Assembly: GCA_017396175.1 (NCBI GenBank)
Contig: JAFQMR010000032.1
Span: forward strand, 1 to 49,028
Direction of reading: 5' to 3'
DNA length: 49,028 nucleotides
DNA from: Clostridia bacterium
GTDB taxonomy: Bacteria > Bacillota > Clostridia > Oscillospirales > Acutalibacteraceae
Part shown: positions 10,449 through 20,084 of the stretch, in pieces
Numbering within the stretch: the first letter of the stretch is position 1
Layout: every line of letters starts with the position of its first letter
The notes under the pieces: model-generated
Seen by the model: the letters and a program-made list of their open reading frames with translations, nothing else
The model's database searches: none
What the model was told of the DNA's origin: nothing
Position numbers and translations under genes: made by a program

Positions 10449-11666
10449 ATGAAACGTGTACTGTGTGTGTGCCTTGCCTGTCTGATGCTGATGGCTTGTC
10501 CGCTGTCGGCGTCGGCGACCGTGCTGACGCAGGTGACCGATTACAGCTATGCGTCGATGCAGACAGGCGGTGTGGAAGGCGCGGTTGTCTATACCGCTCA
10601 TGACGAGTCGGGTGCGCTTGTGATGGGTACACTGACGGCAGACGGGGAGCAAACCCGTCAGGCGCATACCTTTGCCGCTTGGGATTCGTTGTTTGCGCCG
10701 AAGCTTTGGAAAACTACCGTGCATCACGACGGCACACCGCTTTGCCCCTACGGCAGTTCTCACGCGGAGAACACCATCTGCCCGTATATGGAGCTGGCGT
10801 GTGTTACGCTGGAAAATACCGAGACGGGCGTCCGTCTTGAAAACTACTATATTCCGTCGGGCGTGTCCCAGATTCTGCCCGGCACCAATATTCACTTCTG
10901 CTTCGGACGCTACGGCTATAAGGGCGCCGAGACGATGCGTTGGGACGGCGAAAGTCGCTATTTCTCCGTCAAGAATGCGGACGGCCTGTGGGGCGTGCTG
11001 GATTCGGCGAGCAATACGATGGTCACCGACTTTGTCTATACGGACATCAGCGCGGTTTACGGCAGTTACGTTAAGGTGTTTGACGGCACGGCGTGGGGAC
11101 GGCTTGACCTGAGCGGCCGCTTTGTGACACAGTTCCTCTACGAGTCGGCCGACGCGTTCAGCGTGCGCGACGAGGTGCGCGAAGTTGCGGACGGGCAGTG
11201 GCAGATCTTCAATAAGGATAACGAGGCGATCTCGCCCGTGATCGAAGGCGCGTTTCTTGAAGCAACGTACATTCCCACCGCCGCCCTTTTGCTTGTTCGG
11301 AATGCCGATAAGACGTGGGTGCTGTATGATATTGAAGGCAACGTGACGGCGAGCTTTACAGCCGCAGAGGAAGTGGACTTTTTGCAGGACAACTGCTTTG
11401 CGGTGTCACGGTATACGGAGAGCGGCGTGCTGCGCGGTATCGCGCTCTACCGTGCCGACGATATGACAACCTCGGCGGATCTTGTCGAAAAAGGCGATGT
11501 GAACTTTGACGGCGCGATCAACAGCATCGACGCGCGTCTGGCGCTTCGTACCGTGCTCGGGCAGGGTGCGCTGACCGCCAAGCAGGAAGCGGCGGCGGAT
11601 GTGTCGGAGAACGGCATCGTCGACTCGGCGGATGTGCGCGGCATTCTGCGCCTGGCGACCGCCTGA
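10449..11666 (+). CDS. secreted WG-repeat protein with a C-terminal type-I dockerin
   Basis: Signal peptide 'MKRVLCVCLACLMLMACPLSASA'. WG-type repeats are present ('DGLWGVLD', 'GTAWGRLD'). The C-terminus carries a duplicated Ca-binding dockerin motif ('GDVNFDGAINSIDARLALR' / 'DVSENGIVDSADVRGILR'). Confidence 0.75.
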   Translation: MKRVLCVCLACLMLMACPLSASATVLTQVTDYSYASMQTGGVEGAVVYTAHDESGALVMGTLTADGEQTRQAHTFAAWDSLFAPKLWKTTVHHDGTPLCPYGSSHAENTICPYMELACVTLENTETGVRLENYYIPSGVSQILPGTNIHFCFGRYGYKGAETMRWDGESRYFSVKNADGLWGVLDSASNTMVTDFVYTDISAVYGSYVKVFDGTAWGRLDLSGRFVTQFLYESADAFSVRDEVREVADGQWQIFNKDNEAISPVIEGAFLEATYIPTAALLLVRNADKTWVLYDIEGNVTASFTAAEEVDFLQDNCFAVSRYTESGVLRGIALYRADDMTTSADLVEKGDVNFDGAINSIDARLALRTVLGQGALTAKQEAAADVSENGIVDSADVRGILRLATA

Positions 11667-11696
11667 TAAACCGAACGGAGAAACGGAGAGACCGCA

Positions 11697-12593
11697 ATGG
11701 CAAAGGATCGGCGAACGACTCAAAAACCGGATAAAGCAATGCTGTACCGTTTTCTCGGAGGCGGTGCGCTGATCGTTGTCGGCATAGCGATGATCGTTAT
11801 CAGTATGACGGCGCACGGTTCGGCTCCGACTGACGGCACGCCGACGATGACAACGCTTGCGACTTCGGGTACCGCAACGGCTTCAACCGTACCGACAACT
11901 GCGGTGACAACGACGTCGGAAACGACCGTGATCACCACGACCAAAACGACGGCCGCGGAAACAACGACGGCCACGGAAACAACGACGACCGTGGCGACGA
12001 CCGCCCCGACGGCATCATCCCGCGACGACGGTGTATGGAATCTGATCCTTGTAAATCCGTGGAACGCGTGGACGGAAGCGGAGCTGGATGCCCAGACCGA
12101 CATTATGTGGTACAGCGGCAGTGAATCGGTGGACAGCCGCATTGTGGATTCGCTCAATGCGATGCTTTCGGACGGTGCGCAGTACGGACTCTGGGTGTGC
12201 TCGGGATACCGTTCCTACGGCACGCAGGAGATCCTCTTCGGACGAGAGGTTGACGAGGTGCTGAGTCTGCAGGGCGGAAGCCGTGCCGACGCAGAGGCAA
12301 AGGCGGCCACGGTGGTTGCGCGTCCCGGTACCAGCGAGCACCATACGGGACTGGCGGTCGATCTGCTTCACAGCGAATGCTGGGAGCTTGAAGAATATTG
12401 GGATCAATCGGCGGCGTTCGATTGGATGCAGGCGCATTGTGCCGAATACGGCTTTATTCTGCGGTATCCCAAGGAGAAACAGCATATCACCGGCGTGATC
12501 TATGAGCCGTGGCATTATCGGTATGTCGGCGTGGAGGCCGCCACCGAGATCATGAGCCGCGGTATCACGCTGGAGGAATATTTGCAGGGCTGA
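11697..12593 (+). CDS. membrane-anchored D-alanyl-D-alanine carboxypeptidase (VanY / peptidase M15B)
   Basis: N-terminal TM segment, a Thr-rich linker of about 70 aa, then the M15B motifs 'SGYRSY', 'SEHHTGLAVDL' and 'EPWHYRYVG'. Confidence 0.8.
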   Translation: MAKDRRTTQKPDKAMLYRFLGGGALIVVGIAMIVISMTAHGSAPTDGTPTMTTLATSGTATASTVPTTAVTTTSETTVITTTKTTAAETTTATETTTTVATTAPTASSRDDGVWNLILVNPWNAWTEAELDAQTDIMWYSGSESVDSRIVDSLNAMLSDGAQYGLWVCSGYRSYGTQEILFGREVDEVLSLQGGSRADAEAKAATVVARPGTSEHHTGLAVDLLHSECWELEEYWDQSAAFDWMQAHCAEYGFILRYPKEKQHITGVIYEPWHYRYVGVEAATEIMSRGITLEEYLQG

Positions 12594-12631
12594 GCCCTGA
12601 GCACATCCCCAAAGAAAGGTTGAATGAATGT

Positions 12632-14302
12632 ATGCAACTCAACGGCTCCGATATTTTGATGGAGTGCCTGCTGGAGCAGGGCGTCGACACCGTGTTCGGA
12701 TATCCGGGCGGTGCGGTGCTCAATATCTACGACGCACTCTATAAATACAGTGACCGTATCACGCATATTCTCACCGCGCACGAGCAGGGCGCGGCGCACG
12801 CCGCGGACGGCTTTGCGCGTGCGACGGGCAAGGTGGGCGTATGCATCGCGACCTCGGGCCCCGGGGCCACCAATCTGGTGACGGGCATTGCGACGGCGTA
12901 TATGGATTCGATCCCCGTCGTGGCGATCACCGGCAACGTGTCGGTGGAACAGCTCGGCCGCGACTCCTTCCAGGAGATCGACATCACGGGCATCACGATG
13001 CCGATCACCAAGCACAATTTTATTGTCAAGGATATCAACCAGCTGGCCCCGACGGTGCGTGCGGCGTTTGAAATTGCGCAGAGCGGCCGCCCCGGTCCGG
13101 TGCTGATCGATATTCCGAAGGATATCTCGGCGGCGGTGACGGACTATACGCCTGCACCCGCGTCTCAGAAGCGCCCCGTGCCGCCTCCGAAGGAGCCGCG
13201 CATCAAAAAGGCACTCGAGATCATTGCCACCTGCGAAAGACCGCTTATTTATTTCGGCGGCGGTGTCATTTCGTCGGGTGCCGAGGAGCTGCTGATGCGC
13301 TTTGCCACCGAACAGGACATTCCCGTTTGCGCGTCGATGATGGGACTCGGCGGCTTTGATCCGTCGAACCCGCTGTGGCTCGGGATGGTCGGTATGCACG
13401 GCACGGCGGCGGCGAATCTCGCCGCGAAGGAATGCGATGCGCTGTTTGTGTGCGGTGCGCGCTTCTCCGACCGTGTGGCGGGTGACCGCAAGGGCTTTGC
13501 GCCGAACGCGAAGGTCATTCATATCGATATCGATCACGCTGAATTCGATAAAAACGTCGCAACGGCGGTGCGTATCGGCGGTGAACTGAAAACGGTGCTG
13601 GCGGCCTTCTGCGATCGCTCCGAGCCGCATCTGCATACGGCGTGGGTGAATCTGGTCACGGGACGCAAAAAGGACGCATTCGTTCCGATGCAGGATCCCG
13701 AAGAGATGCCCGATCCCCGCGCGATCCTGCATAGTCTGCGCACGCTTGTCGACGACGAGACGGTCATTGCGACGGATGTCGGTCAGCATCAGATGTGGAC
13801 GGCTCAGCATTTTGAGGTGCGCCGTCCGCGCCGTCTGCTGACGTCGGGCGGCCTCGGTACGATGGGCTACGGCGTCGGTGCCGCCATCGGGGCGCAGTGC
13901 GGTACAAAGCACAAGCGCACCGTCCTCATTACGGGCGACGGCAGCTTCCATATGAATTGCAATGAGCTTGCAACGCTCGTGTCCTATAATCTGCCCGTGA
14001 CGGTGCTCGTGTTTGATAACCGCGTGCTCGGTATGGTGCGTCAGTGGCAAAAGGTGTTCTACGACCGTCGCTTCTCGGCGACCGATCCCGAGCGGGCGAC
14101 CGATTTTGTGAAGCTTGCCGCCGCGTACGGTTGTCGCGGACTGTCGATGAACACGGCATCGGAGATCGAAGCGGTGCTTCGCGATGCGCTCAGCGGGGAA
14201 GGCCCCGTGGTGGTGGATTGCCGCCTGTCGAAGGATGTCAACGTCCTGCCGATGATCCCCCCCGGCAAAACCGTAGACAGTATGATCGAGACGATGGAAT
14301 AA
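12632..14302 (+). CDS. ilvB: acetolactate synthase large subunit
   Basis: Homology begins at 'MQLNGSDILMECLLEQGVDTVFGYPGG'. The TPP motif 'GDGSFHMNCNE' is present. The listed ORF start at 12509 overlaps the VanY gene, so the internal ATG at 12632 is preferred. Confidence 0.85.
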   Translation: MQLNGSDILMECLLEQGVDTVFGYPGGAVLNIYDALYKYSDRITHILTAHEQGAAHAADGFARATGKVGVCIATSGPGATNLVTGIATAYMDSIPVVAITGNVSVEQLGRDSFQEIDITGITMPITKHNFIVKDINQLAPTVRAAFEIAQSGRPGPVLIDIPKDISAAVTDYTPAPASQKRPVPPPKEPRIKKALEIIATCERPLIYFGGGVISSGAEELLMRFATEQDIPVCASMMGLGGFDPSNPLWLGMVGMHGTAAANLAAKECDALFVCGARFSDRVAGDRKGFAPNAKVIHIDIDHAEFDKNVATAVRIGGELKTVLAAFCDRSEPHLHTAWVNLVTGRKKDAFVPMQDPEEMPDPRAILHSLRTLVDDETVIATDVGQHQMWTAQHFEVRRPRRLLTSGGLGTMGYGVGAAIGAQCGTKHKRTVLITGDGSFHMNCNELATLVSYNLPVTVLVFDNRVLGMVRQWQKVFYDRRFSATDPERATDFVKLAAAYGCRGLSMNTASEIEAVLRDALSGEGPVVVDCRLSKDVNVLPMIPPGKTVDSMIETME

Positions 14303-14317
14303 GGAGGAACGGAAGCG

Positions 14318-14830
14318 ATGAATACCAAAAAGCAAGTGTTTTCCGTTCTGGCGGAAAATAACCCGGGCGTGCTTCTCCGCGTGACGGGGCTCTTTTCCCG
14401 CCGCGGCTTTAATATCGATTCGCTGGTAGCCTGCAATACCGAAAACCCCGCCGTATCCCGCATCACCGTGGTGGTGACGGGGGATGAGGGCGTGTTCACG
14501 CAGGTGATCCGTCAGCTGTTCAAGCTGGAGGAGATCATCAAGGTGGAAATGCTCGCTCTCGACGAATGCACAGCCAGCGAAATGTTGCTCGTCAAGGTGG
14601 CGACCGACGATGCGAAGGAGCGTACCGCGCTTCTGAAGCTGGTGCAATCCTACGGCGGCCGCGTATTGGATATCGGTGAGGCAACGGTGACGCTCGAACT
14701 GACGGGCGAAAGCGGCGAGGTCGACGCGTTTATTACAGGACTGGAGCCGTTCGGCATCCGCGAGATGGCGCGAAGCGGTATTACCGTCCTGCAACGCGGT
14801 GACACGACGATTCACGATTATATGATTTAA
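14318..14830 (+). CDS. ilvN: acetolactate synthase small (regulatory) subunit
   Basis: 170 aa with an ACT domain ('[27 protein letters not shown]'). It lies directly downstream of ilvB. Confidence 0.85.
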   Translation: MNTKKQVFSVLAENNPGVLLRVTGLFSRRGFNIDSLVACNTENPAVSRITVVVTGDEGVFTQVIRQLFKLEEIIKVEMLALDECTASEMLLVKVATDDAKERTALLKLVQSYGGRVLDIGEATVTLELTGESGEVDAFITGLEPFGIREMARSGITVLQRGDTTIHDYMI

Positions 14831-14850
14831 CCTTTCGGGAGGATGCAGTT

Positions 14851-16113
14851 ATGGGAATGACAATGACACAAAAGATCCTCGCCGCTCACGCGGGACTGGA
14901 CAGCGTGACGGCGGGACAGCTGATCGAAGCAAAGCTCGATCTTTGCCTCGGCAACGATATCACGGCCCCCGTGGCGATCAACGAGTTTGAGCGCTCGGGT
15001 GCGACGCGCGTATTTGACAGAACACGCATCGCTCTCGTGATGGATCACTTCACGCCGAACAAGGATATCAAGGCGGCCCAACAGGTCAAGCGCACCCGCG
15101 AATTTGCGGGCAAATACGATATCGTCAACTTCTTTGATGTCGGCCGTATGGGCATTGAACACGCCCTGCTTCCCGAGCAGGGACTGGTCGGCCCCGGTGA
15201 CTGCATCATCGGCGCAGACAGCCACACCTGCACCTACGGCGCACTCGGTGCGTTCTCGACGGGCGTCGGTTCCACGGATCTTGCCGCAGGCATCGCAACG
15301 GGCAAAACGTGGTTTAAGGTGCCCTCGGCGATCAAGGTGGAGCTGAAGGGCGCGCTTCGTCCCTTTGTCAGCGGCAAGGATGTCATCCTGCATCTGATCG
15401 GTACCATCGGTGTGGACGGTGCGCTGTATCGTTCGCTGGAGTTTGTCGGAGAGGGCGTTAAATCCCTCTCGATGGACGACCGCCTCTGCATCGCCAATAT
15501 GGCGATCGAAGCGGGTGCGAAGAACGGTATTTTCCCCGTGGACGAGACAACGCTTGCTTACTGCAAGGATCGTTTTCAGCGTGAACTGCGCGTGTTTGAG
15601 GCGGACGAGGATGCGGTGTACGACGAGACGGTCGTGATCGACCTGGATACGCTCCGTCCGACGGTGGCGTTCCCGCACCTGCCCGAAAACACCAAGACGA
15701 TCGACGAATGCGCGGGCGCCGTCGAGATCCATCAGGTCGTGATCGGCTCCTGCACCAACGGTCGCATCGAGGATATGCGTGCGGCGGCAGAGGTGCTTCG
15801 CGGCCGCAAGGTGGCGGATTCGGTGCGTTGCATCATCATCCCCGCAACACAGGAGATCTGGAAGCAGTCGATGCACGAGGGCCTGTTCGACATCTTCATC
15901 GATGCGGGTGCGGTGGTGTCGACGCCGACCTGCGGCCCCTGCCTCGGCGGTCATATGGGCATTCTCGCACAGGGCGAGCGTGCCGTATCCACGACCAACC
16001 GTAACTTTGTCGGACGTATGGGCCATGTGGACAGCGAGATCTATCTTGCGAGCCCCTATGTGGCGGCGGCTTGCGCGGTGACGGGTACGCTGACCGATCC
16101 CGCAACGCTTTGA
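14851..16113 (+). CDS. leuC: 3-isopropylmalate dehydratase large subunit (aconitase family)
   Basis: 420 aa with Fe-S ligand motifs 'GADSHTC', 'GSCTNGR' and 'CGPCLG'. Confidence 0.85.
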   Translation: MGMTMTQKILAAHAGLDSVTAGQLIEAKLDLCLGNDITAPVAINEFERSGATRVFDRTRIALVMDHFTPNKDIKAAQQVKRTREFAGKYDIVNFFDVGRMGIEHALLPEQGLVGPGDCIIGADSHTCTYGALGAFSTGVGSTDLAAGIATGKTWFKVPSAIKVELKGALRPFVSGKDVILHLIGTIGVDGALYRSLEFVGEGVKSLSMDDRLCIANMAIEAGAKNGIFPVDETTLAYCKDRFQRELRVFEADEDAVYDETVVIDLDTLRPTVAFPHLPENTKTIDECAGAVEIHQVVIGSCTNGRIEDMRAAAEVLRGRKVADSVRCIIIPATQEIWKQSMHEGLFDIFIDAGAVVSTPTCGPCLGGHMGILAQGERAVSTTNRNFVGRMGHVDSEIYLASPYVAAACAVTGTLTDPATL

Positions 16114-16130
16114 TAAGGAGGAATGACAGT

Positions 16131-16619
16131 ATGATTGCACAGGGCTTTGTACATAAATACGGCGATAACGTGGATACGGATGTCATCATCCCCGCACGGT
16201 ATCTCAACACCTCCAAGCACGAGGAGCTGGCGGCTCACTGCATGGAGGATATCGACACGGAATTCGTAAACAAGGTGAAGCAGGGCGACATTATGGTCGC
16301 GGGCAAGAACTTCGGTTGCGGCTCATCGCGTGAGCATGCGCCCATCGCCATCAAGGCGAGCGGCATCTCCTGCGTCATTGCTTCCACCTTTGCGCGTATT
16401 TTCTATCGCAACGCGATCAACATCGGGCTGGCGATCCTCGAATGCGACGAAGCGGCTTCGGCGATCGAAGCGGGCCATGAGGTGAAGGTGGATTTTGACA
16501 CGGGTGTCATCACCGATCTCACAACGGGGGCTACCTATCAGGCCCAGCCGTTCCCGCCGTTCATCCAGAACATCATTGAAAAGGGCGGCTTGCTGTCGTC
16601 CATCTCCGAGCGCCTGTAA
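16131..16619 (+). CDS. leuD: 3-isopropylmalate dehydratase small subunit
   Basis: Starts '[25 protein letters not shown]' and contains '[13 protein letters not shown]'. AGGAGG RBS at 16116-16121. The upstream part of the listed ORF overlaps leuC. Confidence 0.85.
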   Translation: MIAQGFVHKYGDNVDTDVIIPARYLNTSKHEELAAHCMEDIDTEFVNKVKQGDIMVAGKNFGCGSSREHAPIAIKASGISCVIASTFARIFYRNAINIGLAILECDEAASAIEAGHEVKVDFDTGVITDLTTGATYQAQPFPPFIQNIIEKGGLLSSISERL

Positions 16620-16644
16620 GCGCGGAGAAAGGAGCATTCGTATT

Positions 16645-17220
16645 ATGGCGGAATGGATCGATATCACAAGAGAATGGACCGAAGCGCCGTTGTACCCCGG
16701 AGATCCCGAAACCGTGCTCGAAAAGCATCTCGATATGCGCTTCGGAGATCTGTGCAACACGTCGGTGATCCGTGCGTGTCTGCACGCGGGCACGCATATG
16801 GATGCGCCCTGCCATTTCTTTGAGGAGGCGGAGGATGCGCTGTCGATTCCGCTGTCGGTCGGTATGGGAACTTGCTGTGTCATTTCGGCAAACGGCGTAT
16901 TGGTCGGGGAAAGCCTCGAAAAATACCTGTGGATGACGCCGCCGCGTATTCTGTTCAAGGGAGACGTCACACTGTCGCAAAGCGCGGCGTTTGTGCTCAT
17001 TGACGCGGGCGTGAAGCTGGTCGGCGTGGAGGGCACGTCGGTGGCCCCCTCCGACAGCGAGGCAGAGGTACACCGTCTGCTTCTCTCGTCGGGTGTCACG
17101 ATCCTGGAAGGGCTTGACCTGTCCGAGGTGTCCGCAGGACAGCACGAGCTGCTGTGCCTGCCGATGAAGATCAAGGGCGCAGACGGCGTTCCCGTACGCG
17201 CACTGTTGGCAAAGCCTTGA
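16645..17220 (+). CDS. cyclase-family protein (kynurenine formamidase-like fold)
   Basis: 191 aa counted from 'MAEWIDITREW'. It carries the cyclase signature 'HAGTHMDAPCHF'. RBS AAAGGAG at 16628-16634. Confidence 0.7.
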   Translation: MAEWIDITREWTEAPLYPGDPETVLEKHLDMRFGDLCNTSVIRACLHAGTHMDAPCHFFEEAEDALSIPLSVGMGTCCVISANGVLVGESLEKYLWMTPPRILFKGDVTLSQSAAFVLIDAGVKLVGVEGTSVAPSDSEAEVHRLLLSSGVTILEGLDLSEVSAGQHELLCLPMKIKGADGVPVRALLAKP

Positions 17221-17231
17221 TCCTATAATAT

Positions 17232-17275
17232 AAAACGGTTTCGCCTTCCGAAAGGAGAGGCGAAACCGTTTTTCG
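17232..17275. terminator. bidirectional intrinsic terminator
   Basis: Perfect 15-bp stem AAAACGGTTTCGCCT (17232-17246) / AGGCGAAACCGTTTT (17258-17272), between the convergent cyclase and kinase genes. Confidence 0.8.
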
Positions 17276-17276
17276 T

Positions 17277-17990
17277 TTATAAAGCTTTGGCTAATTTTTC
17301 GGCGGAGTCGTAGCGATCGTTCGGATGGACAGCGGTACAGGTGCGCACAATGCGCCCTGCGCGACCTCGCGCGATCTTCTCGCTGGGGTGCTTACCTGTC
17401 AGCATCACATTGAGCATCACACCCGCGGCGTAAATATCCGTGCGGGCATCGCTTTGGGTGATGCCGAGCTGTTCGGGCGAGACATACCCCACGGTGCCCA
17501 TAATGACGGTATCGCGGGAGGCATCGGATACCTGTCGGGAGGCATTGAGGTCGATCAGCACCACGCGCCCTGAGCGGTCGATCATCACGTTGTCGGGCTT
17601 GATGTCGCGGTGGACGAGCCCGCGTGTGTGCAGGATGTGCAGGGCGGCACACACGGCCGTGAGTACCTTTTTGGCTCCGCGGTAGCGGTAATGATCGCAT
17701 TCAAGCACATCGCTCAGGGTGATCCCGTCGATAAATTCCTCGAGCACGATCTGTCCGTCGCGGAGTGTGATCACATCGTAGATCTCGGGAAGATGGGGGG
17801 AACGGATACCGCACAGAGCTTCATAGGCCTTCACGGGTGCTTTATATTTTCGAAGCAGCATGTCGCGCCCGAGCTTTTTGTGTCGAAGACGCAATATCTG
17901 ACCGCCGTTTTTCTTGGAGAGCACCGCCACAAACTGATAGGTTCTCATCAGGGTGCGGAGATATTGCTCACATGTGCAGTCGGTCACCAC
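17277..17990 (-). CDS. minimal Ser/Thr protein kinase (catalytic domain only)
   Basis: 237 aa with the catalytic loop 'HRDIKPDNVMI', 'DLN' in place of DFG, and the activation-segment end 'GTVGYVSPEQ'. Confidence 0.8.
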   Translation of the reverse strand: MVTDCTCEQYLRTLMRTYQFVAVLSKKNGGQILRLRHKKLGRDMLLRKYKAPVKAYEALCGIRSPHLPEIYDVITLRDGQIVLEEFIDGITLSDVLECDHYRYRGAKKVLTAVCAALHILHTRGLVHRDIKPDNVMIDRSGRVVLIDLNASRQVSDASRDTVIMGTVGYVSPEQLGITQSDARTDIYAAGVMLNVMLTGKHPSEKIARGRAGRIVRTCTAVHPNDRYDSAEKLAKAL

Positions 17991-18685
17991 AGCTCACCGC
18001 CGTTCCATTCCCGATAGGCATAGACAGTCTGATCCTTATGATAACGGAAACGATAATCGTGACAATCCTCCGAGCAATGGATCGTCAACGTGCCGTTCAG
18101 TTCCTCGGGCGCGGGATAGGCAAAGCCGGACACGAAAATCGCTTCGCCGCAGTAATAGACATCGGTCAGGTTGCGGCAAGCGGCAAACGCCTCGTCATCC
18201 ACCTTGTGTACAGACGGGGAAAACACGACGGTTTTTACGGTATCGCGGACGGCTTCGTCGCTGAAAGCGAACCCGTCGACCTTGTAGACGGGATGCCCGT
18301 TGATCGTGTCGGGGATGACATACACACCGCTTGCGGACGGTACGGCCACACCTGTGATCGCAAGGGCATCCTCAGCAACATCGGCGGAGGCGTTATAATC
18401 CCGATACCGCTCAGCCGTGCGGTAGCTGTACTGTACCGTATTGCCTGCGGGGGCGGGAGCGTCCGTTTGCGATGACGGCGAGGAGGCTGTACCGCTCATC
18501 CACGGCTGCCACACAAGAAAAGCGATCAGCGCGGCCGTAAGCAATACCGTTACACCCCAAAGCGGCGCTTTGCGCCGATGTGCGGCAGGGACGATCACCT
18601 GCTTTTCGTCGAGAGAGGTCATACAGTATAAGCAAAAGCGGGCTTCGTCTTCGAGGGTTGCTTTGCAATATGGACAACGTTTCAT
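17984..18685 (-). CDS. zinc-ribbon / single-TM / BspA-type leucine-rich-repeat protein
   Basis: N-terminal 'CPYCKATLEDEARFCLYC' zinc ribbon, a TM segment 'LWGVTVLLTAALIAFLVW', a Ser/Pro linker, and LRR_5-like repeats ('DGFAFSDEAV', 'DDEAFAACRNLTDVYY'). It overlaps the kinase start by 7 nt. Confidence 0.65.
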   Translation of the reverse strand: MKRCPYCKATLEDEARFCLYCMTSLDEKQVIVPAAHRRKAPLWGVTVLLTAALIAFLVWQPWMSGTASSPSSQTDAPAPAGNTVQYSYRTAERYRDYNASADVAEDALAITGVAVPSASGVYVIPDTINGHPVYKVDGFAFSDEAVRDTVKTVVFSPSVHKVDDEAFAACRNLTDVYYCGEAIFVSGFAYPAPEELNGTLTIHCSEDCHDYRFRYHKDQTVYAYREWNGGELW

Positions 18686-18691
18686 AGCGTA

Positions 18692-19114
18692 TTACCCCAA
18701 GGTATCCAAATCGTAATCGAACAGCAGCTCGTTGATCTCCACCACCGACAGCTGTTTACAAAGTCCGTAAAGAATGACACTGTCAAACGGCAGCTTGACG
18801 TACAAAGGCGGATAGCCTGCGCTTTTAAGCAGCGTTTGCGTTTCTTCGATGTTGAGCTTCATCGCCACCGCCAGACAAAGCAGCTTCTTGCGCTCGGGCA
18901 CACGCAACCCCGAGAAGATCTGGTAGGCGTATACCTCCGACAGCTCGGCATCCTTGATGACCGCCGCCTTTTTGAGCGCCTTGGCGTTCATCAGCTCGCC
19001 GAGAAGCTCCGACAATGTTTTTGTGACCATATAGTGTTTGTTTTCGTGATAAAACGCGGTGAAGTCCGCACAAAGCCCTAACTCTTCCACGATTTTCGAT
19101 GTGTCCTTCTGCAT
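18692..19114 (-). CDS. XRE-like helix-turn-helix protein
   Basis: The ATG at 19114 has an AAGGAG RBS 9 nt upstream. The HTH-like segment is 'AELSEVYAYQIFSGLRVPERKKLLCLAVAMKLNIEETQTLL'. It is the first gene of the kinase operon. Confidence 0.55.
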   Translation of the reverse strand: MQKDTSKIVEELGLCADFTAFYHENKHYMVTKTLSELLGELMNAKALKKAAVIKDAELSEVYAYQIFSGLRVPERKKLLCLAVAMKLNIEETQTLLKSAGYPPLYVKLPFDSVILYGLCKQLSVVEINELLFDYDLDTLG

Positions 19115-19278
19115 GGTTTTAAATCTCCTTTGCGTTGGTGGACTCAGCATAGCACAGTTTGATTTTTATTTCAACTATTTTTCGACTATGCTGTCAGCAT
19201 AAGATTTTTACCCGTGATCGCTGTATACTGATGTGCAGAGCGTAACGCTTATACATTACAAAAGGAGAGGACACGATT

Positions 19279-19866
19279 ATGGGTTTTATGCAGAAGGCCG
19301 TATCCGCAATGGTGACCAAATACGGCAAGGTCACAGAGGGAAAGTATGAGGGACATGTTCTGTGCCTCGGTCATGATCCCGACAAGCAGTCTAAGCCGCA
19401 GGTGGTGAATGCGTTGGCTCCCAAGCTGTTTGAGCAGGTGATCTTTATGACGGACGGTGAAGGGAAAGCCAGACACAGCATCATCGATGACATCGAGACA
19501 GCAAGACGCATCGATGAGGATGACAACAGCCTTACGCTGGAGATCGAATGGAAATCGGGCGAGGGAAGTGTGTTTCGCCTCTTCAAGGAGAAATCCGCCG
19601 ACACGGAGCAAAGCGGACTCGCCAAGGGTATCGGTCTGCTTATGAAAATGGGCGGCACCACAAAGAACTCTGACAGTCCCGAGTTAAAGACCAAAGAGCG
19701 CTACGGCGACTTTGTGGATTTTATGTACAGCTTTATGCTGTGCATGGATACGGAGACCATTGAGGAATTTGCGAGCTTTGCAAGCTCGCTGGGATACATT
19801 CCCGAGGCGTGCATGTCTATGATCGAAAAGACCGTCGAATGGGTACGTTCGCGCAGAGGCGAATAA
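19279..19866 (+). CDS. hypothetical protein (195 aa), no recognisable domain
   Basis: Good RBS (AAAGGAGAGG) and coding-like composition. It is followed closely by two small ORFs on the same strand. Confidence 0.55.
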   Translation: MGFMQKAVSAMVTKYGKVTEGKYEGHVLCLGHDPDKQSKPQVVNALAPKLFEQVIFMTDGEGKARHSIIDDIETARRIDEDDNSLTLEIEWKSGEGSVFRLFKEKSADTEQSGLAKGIGLLMKMGGTTKNSDSPELKTKERYGDFVDFMYSFMLCMDTETIEEFASFASSLGYIPEACMSMIEKTVEWVRSRRGE

Positions 19867-19884
19867 CGAAAGGACTGTGACGCT

Positions 19885-20082
19885 ATGGCCACGCGTGAAA
19901 CGGTTAAGGACTGGACCGGCAGGATCCTGGGGTTTGTGGATAAGGAAGCAAACGGCAAAAAGACATTGCGCGACTTTCACGGTCGTATCCTCGGCACCTA
20001 TGATCCGAACCTCGATCTGACACGGGATTTTTACGGTCGGCAAGTGGGGAAAGGCGATATTCTGATGACGCTTTTACGATAA
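19885..20082 (+). CDS. hypothetical 65-aa protein made of three short tandem repeats
   Basis: Three copies of D-[WF]-x-G-R-[IQ]-[LV]-G begin at residues 9, 30 and 48. RBS AAAGGA lies upstream. Confidence 0.45.
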   Translation: MATRETVKDWTGRILGFVDKEANGKKTLRDFHGRILGTYDPNLDLTRDFYGRQVGKGDILMTLLR

Positions 20083-20084
20083 CG

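Noticed and set aside
12509-12631. Upstream extension of the ilvB ORF, which starts at 12509 inside the VanY gene.
   Set aside because: The extension has no homology to ALS N-termini and overlaps the VanY coding end. Homology begins at the ATG at 12632.
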